A DNA stretch of 64,000 nucleotides from Octopus vulgaris. Lineage: Eukaryota. The notes under the pieces are model-generated. The model searched no databases and had not been told where the DNA came from. It saw only the letters and a program-made list of their open reading frames with translations. The translations under genes and the position numbers were made by a program. The DNA lies in assembly GCA_951406725.2 (NCBI GenBank), contig OX597814.1, forward strand, positions 194,060,001 to 194,124,000, in the 5' to 3' direction. Positions within the stretch are counted from its first letter, which is position 1, and every line of letters begins with the position of its first letter. This document shows positions 38,742-52,897 of this stretch, piece after piece.

Positions 38742-40139
38742 AGTCTCTATCATATGTCACAGTACCATTGACAAGTGTCTTGTACTATAGCCCCAGGCCA
38801 ACCAATGCCTTGTGAGTTAATTTGGTCAATGGAAACTGTGTGGAAGCTTTTTTATGTATGGATATGTCATTCTGTTTTTCCTTCCACATGACAACCGGTG
38901 ATGGTTTGTTTATGTCTCCATAACTTAGCAGTTCAATAAAAGAAACGAATAGAATAAGGTAAAAGATTCAGTGACTAAAAGCCTTCATTGAACTCTGAAC
39001 TCCGTAAGTCAAGTGATTGAGTTATGCACCAACATCTGACTAATTTCTACACCAAAATATATTGTTATATACAACAATTCAAAAGGTCAGCTATCACCAA
39101 ACATACACTGAAATGACTGGGGAGACTGCTGACCACAATGGTATGTGGTCAGTATAGTTGATTCTCAAAAAAAAAAATATATATATATATAATACTGGAA
39201 GTTCCAAAAGCATGATTTTGGTTTGAGTAAAGTATAGAATATTTCTATTGTACAAAAGAGAAGATGGCAAGATAGGCAGAACATATTAGCAAAGTATGAA
39301 GCAGACTTGCCTCAACCATCTCAGTATAGATAGACAGGCAGACCTTTTGAATACCTTCCATAGTAGCATATTGGAATTCATTTATTTTAGAGAGGTTATA
39401 AAAGCCTTCAGGAAACAGCAAGCTGTCAGATGCAGACAAAAATCAATTGGGAAATGTTGAAAACTGCAGAAGAAATTATTGTTAAGCAGCTTTTGTAGCG
39501 AGGTCTGGACAGGCGGAGTTATTTAATATAACAAGGAAAGACAATTAGAGTGATTGTCGTAAGTGGGGTAACTCTGCCATAGAAGGCTTCAAGCCTGTTT
39601 AAGAAAGGCAGAGGGTGGTAGATGTAGGATAAGCAACCCTGCACTCAATTTTCTATATTGCTGGTAAAACACCCAACAAGGGAACATATGAAACCAGTTG
39701 TGATATGGGAAAGCAGTCCTTAGAGACAAAATATGAAGCAACATAGTGAAAACCAAAAAGGAAGCACTGACATGAGGCTACACCTGGGTACAAATACTGT
39801 AAATCCTCGAGTATAGTCCGCCCTTGAGTATAATACGCAGGGGATTTTTAGGGGGCTGTACCTCTGAAAAACCTAAACCTTGTGTATAATACACACCCCT
39901 TCTTTAACTTGAGTCAAGGAGGTCTATATAACGTCAGTGGTTTGTAAAAATATATACGGTAACGACCTTTATTATTAATGTATACATAACAATGCAAACG
40001 TGTAGCACTCCACTAGCACAGATGCCAGTCATCGAATTTGATTTCGATTTCACTCGCCTCACCAGGTCTTTGCAAGCAGTTTAGTGTCCAATGAAGAAAA
40101 GGTACGCATAAGTGGGCTGGCATAAATATAAATTAAGTT

Positions 40140-40492
40140 AATCACTATCGCTGAAAATATCTACGAGACCATAGCAGTTGCTGTGTAACAATTCAGAAGA
40201 TTGCTACAACAGCTGTTTCAAAGTTATTAACAGCAAATAATAAGGAAGTAACAGAGATGTTTCCTCAGTTCACTCATATCTATATTGTTGCTGTTGACTG
40301 GTAAGTTTGAGACATTGGTTAAGTTAAACCAAGTTGCATTTTAGATTGTCATCTCTGAGACCCTGACTATGCCGATAGCATGGTAGCTCTGATAGACAAG
40401 ACTAAAGACTGATAAGAATTGGTGAGTTCAACAAGTGGAAGTATTATAGGATTTGACTAAACCATCAGCACCAAGAAAACAAAGACATCTAT
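40140..40492 (+). pseudogene. Highly decayed RTE-type RT fragment (a related piece probably at 39250-39700)
   Basis: Remnant DYAD...ISTKKTK-like text with stops and frameshifts. Confidence 0.45.
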
Positions 40493-40495
40493 AAG

Positions 40496-40527
<32 letters not shown>

Positions 40528-41799
40528 GTTTAACATCCGCTTTCCATGCTAGCATTGGTTGGACGATTTTGACTGAGGGCTGGCGAACCAGATGGCTGCA
40601 CCAGGCTCCAATCTTGATCTGGCAAAGTTTTTACAGCTGGATGCCTTTCCTAACACCAACCACTCCGAGAGTATAGTGGGTGCTTTTTATGTGCCAGTCA
40701 AGCGGTACTGGCAATGACCACGCTCGTATCTTTTTACACATGCCACTGGCACAGGTGCCAGTAAAGCAATGTTGGTAACAATCATGCTCGAATGTAAAAT
40801 AAAACTAAGAGGAAGTTGCACATTAATAGTACTTTTGTCCCAGCTCATGACATTCGTTATTCTGTAAAAAAAAAAAAAAAAAAAACAGCAATACATTTGG
40901 CATCAGATGACTAAGCAAGATATTTGACATTCAATAGAATAATTGTGTTCCAACCCTTCAGACAAATTATGAGCTCCAGATGACACTTCAAAAAACACTT
41001 GGCAACCAAGTAATGATGCATGGAACTTGAAGCAGCCATAAGATATGGAAGAAGAGTCCAAAGACGACAAAGATGGTTTTAAATTTTGGTGCAAGACTAG
41101 CATTTTCGGAAAAGGGATAATTCAATTACCTCAACCCCAGCATTCAACAGGCACTAGCGTAGCTAGGGTGGGGCAGTCCACCTCTGGCAGCACTTTTAAA
41201 GGAGTGGTACTTTGGGGTCTGCTGTAAGCAATCTGTGTTTTTTGTGGGGTCTGGGGGTGGTAGTAAATGGAAAGGCTGCCCCGGGTGGCACACACTCTAG
41301 CTAGACTAGTGTCAACAAGTACTCGTTTTATCGACTCTGGAAGAATGAAAGACAAAGTCAACCATGACAGAATTCAAACTGAGAACATAAAGATGAATGA
41401 AACGCCACTAAACATTTTGCCAGGTGTGCTAACGATGCTGCCAGAACACCACCTTGTGAAGACAGTATATAAACAAACAAAGACAGACAAAGGGATTAAG
41501 TCGATTACATCGACCCCAGTGCGTAACTGGTACTTAATTTATCGACCCCGAAAGGATGAAAGGCAAAGTCAACCTCGGCGGAATTTGAACTCAGAACGTA
41601 ACGGCAGACGAAATACCGCTACACATTTCGCCCGGCGTGCTAACGTTTCTGCCAGCTCGCCGCCTTCAAGATAGTATATAAACAGAGCAACACCCACCAT
41701 AAAAGTGTCTTTTGACAATGTTGTGGGGTCTGAAGGGGACAAAACTACTATATCTAAGAGTGGATACAATATTAACTCAGTCAATCTAACTGGATTCAA

Positions 41800-42370
41800 A
41801 TGATTAATTAAAGATAACTAATTAAGATACAGCTATATGGCTACAATGACTACAGTGTCTAATTAATAGACAACTAAATGGTTAAAATTAATAAAGCATC
41901 TAATTTATGTATACATTCAAATGGTTAAAATTACTACAGCAACTAATTGATATATCTAAATGGTCAATTTTACTATGGTTTTTAATTAATGTGGATGACT
42001 AATTGGATAAAATTATTAGAGCAACTAATTAACAAATACATTTACAGGTTTCAAATTAATACAGCAGACAATTAAATAATTAAAATGACTACAACAATTG
42101 AGATAATTAGTTAGAATTACTATAGTAATTAATTAACAGGGATAAGTAAATTATTAAAATTACTACAGGGGTTAATTAACAGACAACTAAATCATTAAAA
42201 TTACTACAGTAATTAACTGAGACAACTAAATGGTTGCAATTAATACAACAATCAATCAATAGAGATAATTAAATGGTTAAAACTACTACAGCAACTAATT
42301 AATAAAGACAACTAAATTACTAAAACTGTTACATGAAGCTGTATAGGTAATATGGTTAAATGGTAAAATT
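41800..42370. repeat. Degenerate AT-rich minisatellite, unit about 40 bp
   Basis: Recurrent aattaacagacaactaaatggttaaaattactacagc. Confidence 0.7.
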
Positions 42371-42586
42371 TGATAAAGTACTTGCAATCGGTCAGTGGTG
42401 AATTATGTAACCATCATGTAGAATGTAGAACTATTTCAAAATGTTATGTCTCAAGATAAGTCATTGCTGACAGAGACCACAACCTCAATTCAAAACCAAA
42501 CATGAAAATCTTACATCTCATTTGTCAGTGAATCTGAAGCTAAAGCAACATAACAACATAAAAAAAAAAAAAAAAAAAAAAAAACA

Positions 42587-43002
42587 GGCGCAGGAGTGGC
42601 TGTGTGGTAAGTAGCTTGCTTACCAACCACATGGTTCCAGGTTCAGTCCAGTCCCACTGCGTGGCATCTTGGGCAAATGTCTTCTACTATAGCCTCGGGC
42701 CGACCAAAGCCTTGTGAGTGGATTTGGTAGACGGAAACTGAAAAGAAGCCCGTCGTATATATGTATGTATGTATGTGTGTGTGTGTATGTCTGTGTTTGT
42801 CCCCCCAACATCGCTTGACAACCGATCGATGCTGGTGTGTTTACGTCCCTGTAACTTAGCAGTTCGGCAAGAGACCAACAGAATAAGTACTGGGCTTAGA
42901 AAGAATATGTCCTGGAGTCGAGTTGCTCGACTAAAAGGAGGTGCTCCAGCATGGCCACAGTCAAATGACTGAAACAAGTAAAAGAGTAAAAAGAGTAAAG
43001 AG
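42587..43002 (+). mobile_element. SINE family B, full-length copy
   Basis: ggcgcaggagtggctgtgtggtaag head to gtaaaagagt tail. Confidence 0.88.
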
Positions 43003-45102
43003 AGCTATTCCAACACTTGGTAGTATCTATTTTATTGGATTTTATTTTTCTGTAACTTTCTCTACTGCTCCAGTATGACATTTTATAAGTGACATCTAAA
43101 TTAACAATAATGTAATCACTTTGGAATTATCACAATTTCTAATCCACTAAGTATCATAATTTACTACCAAAAGATATGGAGATGATAGAGATTCATGCTG
43201 GTAACTTACTAATAATTAATCTGGGCCCAAGACCAGTAAACCAGTAGAGGGAAGTCAGGTACACCAACCCCAGGGCTTAAACTTATTTCATAGACCCAGA
43301 AAGAATAAAAAGCAAAGTCGACGACTTAGGTGGCATTTGAACTCAGAACATAGAGTTGGAAGAAATGCTGCTAAGCATTTTGTCTGCCACGGTGCCACCT
43401 CACCACCTTACATATAATAAGAGTAGGAGAAATTCAAAAAAGTTTGTTGATTGAAATGTAATTCTAATTATGAACAAAACAAAACAAAACAGATTGTGTT
43501 TTCCTGCCTTCTAAATACAGACTATCAATCAAATACCTATTTCTTTATTACCCACAAGGGGCTAAACACAGAGGGGACAAACAAGGACAGACAAACGGAT
43601 GAAGTCGATTATATCGACCCCAGTGTGTAACTGGTACTTATTTAATTGACCCCAAAAGGATGAAAGGCAAAGTCCACCTCGGCGGAATTTGAACTCAGAA
43701 CGTAGCAGCAGACGAAATACTGCTAAGCATTTCGCCCGGCATGCTAACGAGTCTGCCAGTTCACCAAAAGCAACAACAGTGGAGACGCAATGGCCTGATG
43801 GTTAGGGCAGCGGACTCGCGGTTGTAAGAACGCGGTTTCAATTCCCAGACCGGGAATTGTGAGTGTTTATTGAGCAAAAATACCTAAGCCCCACTAGGCT
43901 CTGGCCAGGAGGGGTGGTGAACCCCACTGTACTCTTTCACCACAACTTTCTCTCACTCTTTCTTCCTACCAAAGCAGAGGAACCATGGTGTAACCCACTA
44001 TGGTGTGGTAAAACTTTCAGACCCTAGCCTAGATTGCGAATCCTCTGTACCCCAGGATGGTTCAGCTCTCCACCCGTTGAAAGCCACCATCTACGGAATG
44101 AGGATAACAACGTAGCTTCCTCGTCTGTACAACCACCAGCCTATCACGTGTGGTGGGTGGATCTTCAAGTTGCACACGCATTCTTAGTAGCTTAGAGTAG
44201 GCTCAAATGAGAGACTATTTTTTGTGGCTAATGGCGTGAGTCCTGATTGGAAGAAGAAGAACAACAACAACAAAAGCAGCAATTCTTTAAGCAAAAGAGA
44301 GCTTTGTTAATCTGAGGAAGAAGAATTAAACATCCTTTCCGTATCGGAGATTTAATCATCACATTTAAGTATTTAAGAACATTGTAAACCTTGTTAAAAT
44401 CTATTTTAAAGTCTGGCCGTGTTTGTGTGAATTGGATGGAAGCTCGCTTTGCAAACACATGGGTTTCCGGTTCAGTCCCACTGTGCAGTACCTTGCACAA
44501 GTGTCTTCTACTATAGCCCTAAGCCAACCAATGACTTGGGTGAATTTAGTAGACGGAAACTGTGTGGAAGCCACTCGTGTATATATGGGTGTGTATGATT
44601 GCATCTGGATTTGTTCCCACCACCGCTTGATAACCAGTGTTGGTTTGTTTACATCCTTATAACTAAACGATTCAGCAAAAATGACTGACAGTCTAAGTAC
44701 CAGACTTAAAAGTAAATACTGGGATTGATTTGCTTCACTAAAACCCTTCAAGGCAATGCCCCAGCATGGCCACAGTTCAATGACTGACACAAGTGAAAAA
44801 AATATTATGTAATAATCCTTTCTACTATAGGCACAAGGCCTGAAGATTTTGGGGAGTGGGGGGGTCTAGTCGATTCAGTCAACCCCAGTATTCAACTGGT
44901 ACTTATTTTATCGACCCTGAAAGGATGAAAGGCAAAGTTGACCTCAGCAGAATTTGAACTCAGAATGTAGCGATGGTTAAAATACCACTAAGCATTTTGC
45001 CTGGTGTGCTAGTGATTCTCCACCCATGCTAGCATGCGGACGTTAAACGACGATGATGATGATGATGATGAATGTAGCGATGGTTAAAATCACCGCCTAA
45101 GC

Positions 45103-45151
<49 letters not shown>

Positions 45152-45504
45152 TTAAAAAATAAACTGTTTTATTTTTATCTTTGCACTCCCAACAAAAAAA
45201 AAATTTTTCAAGTTAATTGATCTCAGATTAAAATTCCATCACAACTAATCCAGTGCTAGTTCCAAGTCACATGATTGAAATTCAATTCCTTTTGACTAAC
45301 ATAAAAATATAGGCTCCCGTCACTTTAAAGCTACATTTCTGAAGAAATTAAATGAAATGACCTACTCACAGAACAGAACATATCTGAAATTGCAGACGAC
45401 AACCAATATGTATGAATTATATTCATAAAGTACATTATATACACTGACTACTTGGAATATACATTGAACTATATATAGATAGATACACATTGCACTACCT
45501 ATGG

Positions 45505-45536
<32 letters not shown>

Positions 45537-46075
45537 CCATAGGTAGTGCAATGTGTATCTATCTATATATAGTCCAATGTATATTCATCTTCTTCACCAA
45601 GTAGTGCAGTGTATATAATGTACTTTATGAATATAATTCATACATATTGGTTGTATGGTTGTATATATATATATATATATATATTAGAGAAAAACCACTA
45701 TTATGTAATTCAAACAATGATAGCCGTAAATCATACCATATAGAAAAAAATTAAATATATGATAAAACATTTACCTATTTTTTCTATATGGTATATATTT
45801 TATCTTTTCTATATGGTATGATTTACGTCTATATTGTTTGAATTACATAATAGTGTATTTTATATATATTTATATATATATATTATATATCTATGTTGTG
45901 AAATTTGATTTAATACTGAATTGAATTTTTCCCTGTAAGTTTGGAGTTATACTCCCTAATATTATTATCATTTTATATAGATATATATATATATATATAT
46001 ATTTATTCATACATATACACATACATACTGCACCATCTACAGTAATGTATGTATAAAAACTCTCTCTTTCTCCCC

Positions 46076-46106
<31 letters not shown>

Positions 46107-46258
46107 AAATTCATGTTTGTTTTTGTTCAGTTATAATATAAACAATTTTACATTAATCTGAAGGAATACTGCATACTTTAGTAGACAGTCCAACAATTGG
46201 CTTAGCTGGCCACCACTTCGAAATCACTGTTAATACTATTTTGTTAAAGAATAATAAT

Positions 46259-46319
<61 letters not shown>

Positions 46320-46480
46320 GATGCAGGAGTGGCTGTGTGGTAAGTAGCTTGCTTACCAACACCATGGTTCCGGGTTCAGTCCCACTGCGTGGCATCTTGG
46401 GCAAGTATCTTCTACTATAGCCTTGGGCTGACGAAAGCCTTGTGAGTGAATTTAGTAGACAGAAAACTGAACGAAGCCCG

Positions 46481-46518
<38 letters not shown>

Positions 46519-47159
46519 GTATGTATGTATGTGTGTGTGCGCGTGCATGTTTGTCTTACCAATATTGCTTGACAACCAATGCTGGTGTGTTTACATCCCC
46601 GTAACATTTGGCTATTTTCTATTAGACCTTTATTGTCATCTCCCCTTTATTTATAGTGGGTGGTCCCACTTTATGCCTCGTCATTTGCGACACGCATAGG
46701 ACACAGGCATAATTCTCTAAGCCAGCACAATCCCACTGTCCCATAAAATATTAAAATAGTAATTTTTAAAAAGTTAAAAAATATCTAAAAACATTCTATA
46801 GAACGGGTATCTTTTGTCAATCCGGTTTTCTTTTTGCTCGATGAAAGGCGGCACTCCAGCATGGCCACAGTCAAATGACTGAAACAAATAATAGAATATA
46901 TATATATATAATTTCAAATTAATAATAAAAGGGTAAAATTAATTAATAAAATTAATTAATCAATCAAACAATCAATCAATAATTTTACCAAGTAGATCAG
47001 TATGTTAAAATAACCTTTATAGGTAAAATTATACAAATATTCTATAATTATAAACATAATCAAGGGTCAGCTAGTGAAGCAATTAGCTGACCCCTAATTA
47101 TAATTATAGAATACTTGTATAGAAATTATAGAACCTTTGCATATATATATATTTGTGTG

Positions 47160-47207
<48 letters not shown>

Positions 47208-47385
47208 GGAAACCACTATGTGGATGCCCTTATGCTAGAAGTAGATCCGCCATGGTCTTACCTCTAAGAAATGTTCTCAAGAAATAAATACAATTTTACT
47301 GAACTTTCAGTTTTTTTATATGCTAGACCACTGGTGTGAAATTGATATTAATATCAAATTCCTCACCCTCATTTTAAATTTTTAA

Positions 47386-47421
<36 letters not shown>

Positions 47422-47812
47422 TTACATATACACACACACTGCTACACTTCCTACATCTATGTGGGCAGAAATAACAATATATACAGTAACTTTTTAAAGT
47501 TTTCTCTACAGATTTCCTACAGAAATTATAACCAGCACTAAAAGTTATGGAATTTTTTGTAAGTGATTGACTCGCTCTGCTAACACGATAGGTCACACTA
47601 TTGACTAATAAAGCCTCTGATATACTCAGTAGTATATTATATGGTCACAAAACAAAATACTGTGTTCCCTATCAGCAATTAATATGTACAATACAGAACA
47701 CCTGTTAATGACATGTTAATTAATTATATTACAGTGGTTTGTAAAATATTACTTTCTTTGCTCAGTGAGTCTGAGAGAAAAATACACAACAGAGTTTATG
47801 TATGTATATAAG

Positions 47813-47815
<3 letters not shown>

Positions 47816-47868
<53 letters not shown>

Positions 47869-48270
47869 TGCGTGTGTGTGTCTGCGTGTGTGTGTCTGTG
47901 TGTGTGTGTCTGTGTGTGTGTGTCTGTGTGTCTGTGTGTGTGCGTGTGTGTGTGTGTGTGTGTGTCTGTGTTAATGTGTCTGTGTTAATGTGTCTGTGTT
48001 AATGTGTCTGTGTTAATAATGTGTCTGTGTTAATGTGTCTGTGTGTGTCTGTGTTAATGTGTCTGTGTTAATGTGTCTGTGTTAATGTGTCTGTGTGTGT
48101 CTGTCTGTGTGTGTCTGTCTGTGTGTTTGTGTGTGTGTGTCTGTCTGTGTGTTTGTGTGTGTGTGTCTGTCTGTGTCTGTCTGTGTCTGTCTGTGTCTGT
48201 CTGTCTGTCTGTGTCTGTCTGTGTCTGTGTCTGTCTGTGTCTGTCTGTGTCTGTCTGTGTGTGTGTGTAT
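47816..48270. repeat. (TG)n/(TGTC)n microsatellite downstream of the B3GLCT stop
   Basis: Direct reading. Confidence 0.9.
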
Positions 48271-48625
48271 GTATGCACACACATATGCACATGTGCACAC
48301 AGGATTTTTTTTTTTTTTGCATCGTTCTTTCCACGGATTCATTCAAAAATACTGGAAATGGTTTAGGGGTTAAAAATCAAAAGACAAGGAAAACAATTCC
48401 ATTTGTTGGTGAGGGTGGGGGTGATAGGTGAGGGTGGGGTGATAGGTGAGGGTAGGGGTGATAGGTGAGGGAGGGGTCTGTATAAAAAAATAAATAAAAA
48501 CCAGATATGAGCAAAAACAGTCAACAAATTAACATGGAACTTGGCATCTTTGTTCGTTCCCGGCATTAACAAAATTTAGGTTACACCAATTCTCTGACAA
48601 AAGGCACTAAACTATTTGGTTGGAA

Positions 48626-48763
48626 TCACAACTCGTCGTGGAATTGTGCAGCAGATAGAAACCATTCCTCGTAGACTTTCTTGGGGTCAATCATCCAATG
48701 TTTGTGAAAGGAAATGGGATCCTGAAGGTCCAGTAGTTCTTTGTTGTAATCATTGGGTCTCGC
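48626..48763 (-). CDS. B3GLCT: B3GLCT last coding exon, ER-retention HDEL
   Basis: acag|GCG; ARPNDYNKELLDLQDPISFHKHWMIDPKKVYEEWFLSAAQFHDEL* (cf. ARPVDYPKDYL...PISFHKHW); all nine exons join in frame. Confidence 0.95.
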   Translation of the reverse strand, partial: ARPNDYNKELLDLQDPISFHKHWMIDPKKVYEEWFLSAAQFHDEL

Positions 48764-49787
48764 CTGTTTAGGAATAAAAGAAACATTATCAAAGTCCTTC
48801 ATAAAGGTAATAAAATAAGGAACATTACAAAGACATAGTGGAGGCATGTGGCCTAGTGGTTAGAAAAGCGAACTCGCGATCAAGGGATCGTGGGTTCAAA
48901 TCTCAGACTGGGCGATCATCATCTTCATCATCATTGTTTAACGCCTGCTTTCCATGCTAGCATGGGTTGGATGAATGACTGAGGGCTGGCGAACCAGATG
49001 GCTGCACCAGGCTTCAATCTTGATCTGGCAGAGTTTCTACAGCTGGACACCCTTCCTAATGCTAACCACTCCGAGAGTGTAGTGGGTGCTTTTACGTGCC
49101 ACCGGCACGGAGTCAGTCAGGCGATACTGGCAACGACCTCACTCGAATCTTTTACACATGCCACCGGCACAGGTGCCAGTAAGGCAATGCTGGTAACGAT
49201 CATGCTCGAATGATGTCTTTTACATGCCACCAGCACGGAGGCCAGATAGCTGCTCTGGCAACGATCATGCTCGGCTGGTGCTCTTAATACCCGATGTATG
49301 TGTTTATGTAGAAAACACCTGAGCTCCACGCGGCTCCGGCAGAAGGTAATGGCAAATCTCTGCTGACTCTTTTGTCACAACTTTCTCTCACTCTTTCATC
49401 CTGCATCTAACAACTTACCTGTGATGGACCGGCGTGCAGTCCAGGTGGGGAACCTATATGCTAATGAAACAGGGAAACCAGCCCTTATGAGCCTGGCATA
49501 GCTCAAGAAGGAAGAAGAAATATATTTTTGCTCGTCACCGATCTGGGATCATAGAAATCATGCCAAATCAGATTGGAGCCCGGTGCAGCTTCCTAGCTTA
49601 CCAATTTTCAGTCAAATCGTCCAACCCATGCCAGCATGGAAAATGAATGTTAAATGATGACGATGATGATGATAACAGATTATCTGTCTGTTTGTCACAG
49701 CATTCACTAATCTCTATACATATCACGGTTTCACTAAGAGACAACTGAATTTAGATAGAGAAATGAAGGGCAAGCTGTAGGGTTTAC

Positions 49788-49935
49788 CTGGTGAAACAAA
49801 GAACTGTGAATAACAGGGATATTGAGGTTCTGCAAACATATTCCAAGAATCATGTCATCTGGAGAATCGTCACGAGGACAGCTACAGAGGTTGCTGCTGA
49901 CCATAGACTGGACTGCTGCCCGACTGAACACCATC
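49788..49935 (-). CDS. B3GLCT: B3GLCT exon
   Basis: ccag|G...CAG|gtaaa; MVFSRAAV...CSCPRDDSPDDMILGICL...HSSLFHQ; 148 nt, phase 2-0. Confidence 0.95.
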
Positions 49936-50377
49936 CTGGTGGTGGAGAAAAATCATAAACATGAGAAGGTTAATGAAATATATTGAAAAATGTTGAACAG
50001 AGAGAGAGAGACAGAGGGAGAGAGAGAGACGGAGGGAGGGAGAGAGAGACGGAGGGAGGGAGAGGGAGAGAGAGACGGAGGGAGGGAGAGAGAGAGAGAG
50101 AGAAAAGGCAGACAGACATAGTTTTTAATGATACTTCTGTCAATTTTTTTTTTTTTGATCTTTTGGCTAGAAGGGAAGGCAATGCTAATGGCCCTTTATA
50201 GTGCCACCAAGACTAGTGGGGGAGCATGAGAGAGACATGAGAGGGGAGCAAGAGAGGGACATGAGTGATGGGAAGCGAGAGGGAGAAAGACACGAGATGG
50301 AGAGAGAGACGCACACATACCAACAGGACAACATGCGCACACAGCAACGGGACAACATACACACAGCAATAGGACGC

Positions 50378-50478
50378 TATGCATACAGCAATAGGACACT
50401 ATGCATACAGCAATAGGACACTATGCATACAGCAATAGGACACTATGCATACAGCAATAGGACAATGCATACAGCAAT
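50378..50478. repeat. 22-bp tandem repeat, about 5 copies
   Basis: catacagcaataggacactatg. Confidence 0.85.
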
Positions 50479-50533
50479 ATAATATAAACTGAAAAATGAT
50501 GCAATACAGCAGACTATGAAACAACATACATAC

Positions 50534-50656
50534 CCTCCACCTCCAGTGATATAATTGTAACCAGAACCAGTTGTGACACCATAGCCATACCTCTCTCCAA
50601 TAGCCAGAGCTTCAGCTGGGTTGTAACAGGCCAACATTTTCCGCAGTCTTGTGATA
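50534..50656 (-). CDS. B3GLCT: B3GLCT exon
   Basis: acag|T...GG|gtatgt; [41 protein letters not shown]; 123 nt, phase 2-2. Confidence 0.95.
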
Positions 50657-50939
50657 CTGTTATGTAAAATAGATTTCATTATAACACAATTATATGCATA
50701 CACAGATACACACATGTGCGCATGCAGACTCACACACAAGCTGTCTGAGAGGTTAAAAATGCATTCTTTACAATATTCATCATGGTAACCCTTAACATCA
50801 TCATCTCATGCTGGCACCATGCAATACGCATTCATGTTGGCACCATCTAAAAAGTACCTATGCCAGTACTGTGTAAATAGCACCAAGTCCACACTATAAA
50901 GTGGATGGCATTAAGAAGAGAATCTAGCTCCCAAAACCA

Positions 50940-51452
50940 TGCATGGGAGCCATTTATGTGACACCAGGGTCCATTTATATACCACAGCATGGGTGCCATT
51001 TGTATAACACCAAGAAGCATCTATGTGCCACAGCCATGGGTGCCAGTTTGTGTGACACTGGGGTGCATTTGTGCCACTGGCCTGGGTGCCATTTGCATGA
51101 CACTGGGGTGCATTTATGTACCACCGGCATGAGTGCCAATTTGTGTGATGCCAAGGTGCATGTATGTGCCACTGGCATGGGTGCCATTTGCCTGACATTG
51201 GGGTGCATGCATATGCCACTGGCATGGGTGCCAACTCGCAAGAGACCAGAGTGCATTTATGTGCCACTGAAACGGGTGCCATTTGCATGACACCAGGATG
51301 TATATATGTACCAGTAGCATATATACCAGTTTGAGTGACCTCGGAGTGCATTTATGCACCACCAACACAGGAGCCAATTTTTGTGACACTGGCGGGTGAG
51401 CGGGTGCATTTACATGCTACCGGCACAGGTGCCAATTTGTGTGACACCGGTA
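50940..51452. repeat. Minisatellite, unit about 47 bp, about 11 copies
   Basis: ggtgccatttgcatgacactggggtgcatttatgtgccactggcatg. Confidence 0.85.
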
Positions 51453-51769
51453 GCTGCAACAACTGTGATTTTGCTTAGCTTGATGGGTCATCTCAAGCAC
51501 AACATAATGCTAAGGGTCTATGTTATAACAATCGCTATAGATTACAGTGGCCTGGGAGGAAAGATATAATATCTATGTTATAACAGTGTAGTATGGTAAC
51601 CTGGAATAAATGATATATGATATCTGTGTTAAACATAACCTTTGTGATCCAGTGATTTGGAAAGGTACCACACAGTTGGACTGGACCTGAGAGCACATTG
51701 TTGGAAAGCAAGGCCGCTTAAGCACACAACCACAATTGTACCAAATATCACATAAAAATTAATTCTTAC

Positions 51770-51872
51770 CTAATAATGGTATCATCATCAACAATCAGTA
51801 ACCATGGTTTACTGGAGATTGAGGGTTCTCGAAGAGCTCGTATGAGAATGTTATATGTCTTTTTGCAGTGAC
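51770..51872 (-). CDS. B3GLCT: B3GLCT exon with DxD motif
   Basis: ttcag|GT...AG|gtaag; GHCKKTYNILIRALREPSISSKPWLLIVDDDTII; 103 nt, phase 1-2. Confidence 0.95.
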
Positions 51873-52206
51873 CTGAAAAGGTGTAAGGAGAGACACACAA
51901 ATAAGAAAGAAGAAAGCAAAGGACCACTGATGCAGTCACAGGAGTGTGACGAAAGAACTCTGGCCGAAATAAGATTAAGATTCATGTAAAAAGTAAATAA
52001 CACTGAAGCAAAGTAATACCAAATATATAGTGCGTGTGTTTTTATTGGATAAACTGGCAAAATGACCATTCCTAAATACAACACTATATATATAATATTT
52101 ATATATTATTGATTTTTCATCATTACCATCGTTTAACATCCGTTTTCCATGCTAGCATGGGTTGGACAGTTCAACCGGGGTCTGGGAAGCCAGGAGGCTG
52201 CACCAG

Positions 52207-52685
52207 TCGAGATATATCACATCCACGCTTGAGTCGTTCAACAGCTGTTTTAACACCCAGTCGTAGTGTTGCAGGAGCTGTGTCAGACAGCTTCTACCTG
52301 GATGAAATCCATGCTGGGTGTCAGTCAGCAAGTAATTTTCTTCTAGGAACGTGATTAGTTTCTTGTGGACTATTCGTTCCATGACTTTACTGATGTGTGA
52401 GGTCAGAGAGATAGGCCTATAATTTTTAGCATCTGCTCTGCTTCCGCCCTTAATGATAGGGCTTATTATCCCTTCCTTCAGTTTTTCTGGGAGCTTACCA
52501 CTTGCAAGGAAGCTCTGGAAGAGAAGCTGCAGTGGTTTTGTAAGAGCTCACTTGCATGATTTGAGTAGGACTGCTGGAAATCCATCCATGCCAGCCGCTG
52601 AGTTTGTGTCAACCTCATCTATGGCCAGTATTACATTTTCTTCAATGTTTATGTACTCAATTTTTTTAACCTCTTTGGTTTTAGG
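52207..52685 (-). mobile_element. CR1-type LINE RT fragment
   Basis: [13 protein letters not shown]...RPISLTSHISKVMERIV...QHGF..GRSCLTQL...VDVIYLD. Confidence 0.85.
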
Positions 52686-52696
52686 TAATATATATA

Positions 52697-52737
<41 letters not shown>

Positions 52738-52847
52738 GATAATATATATATATGATGATATATATATGATAATATATATACGATAATAACAATAATTATA
52801 ATATATATATCCATGCTAGCATGGAAAGCAGACATTAAATGATGATG

Positions 52848-52897
<50 letters not shown>

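Noticed and set aside
45336-45400. CUGAAGA...GAAA next to the 45400 palindrome
   Set aside because: No convincing stems
50911-51389. Repetitive ORFs or a CRISPR-like array
   Set aside because: Tandem degenerate units without unique spacers, in a eukaryotic intron
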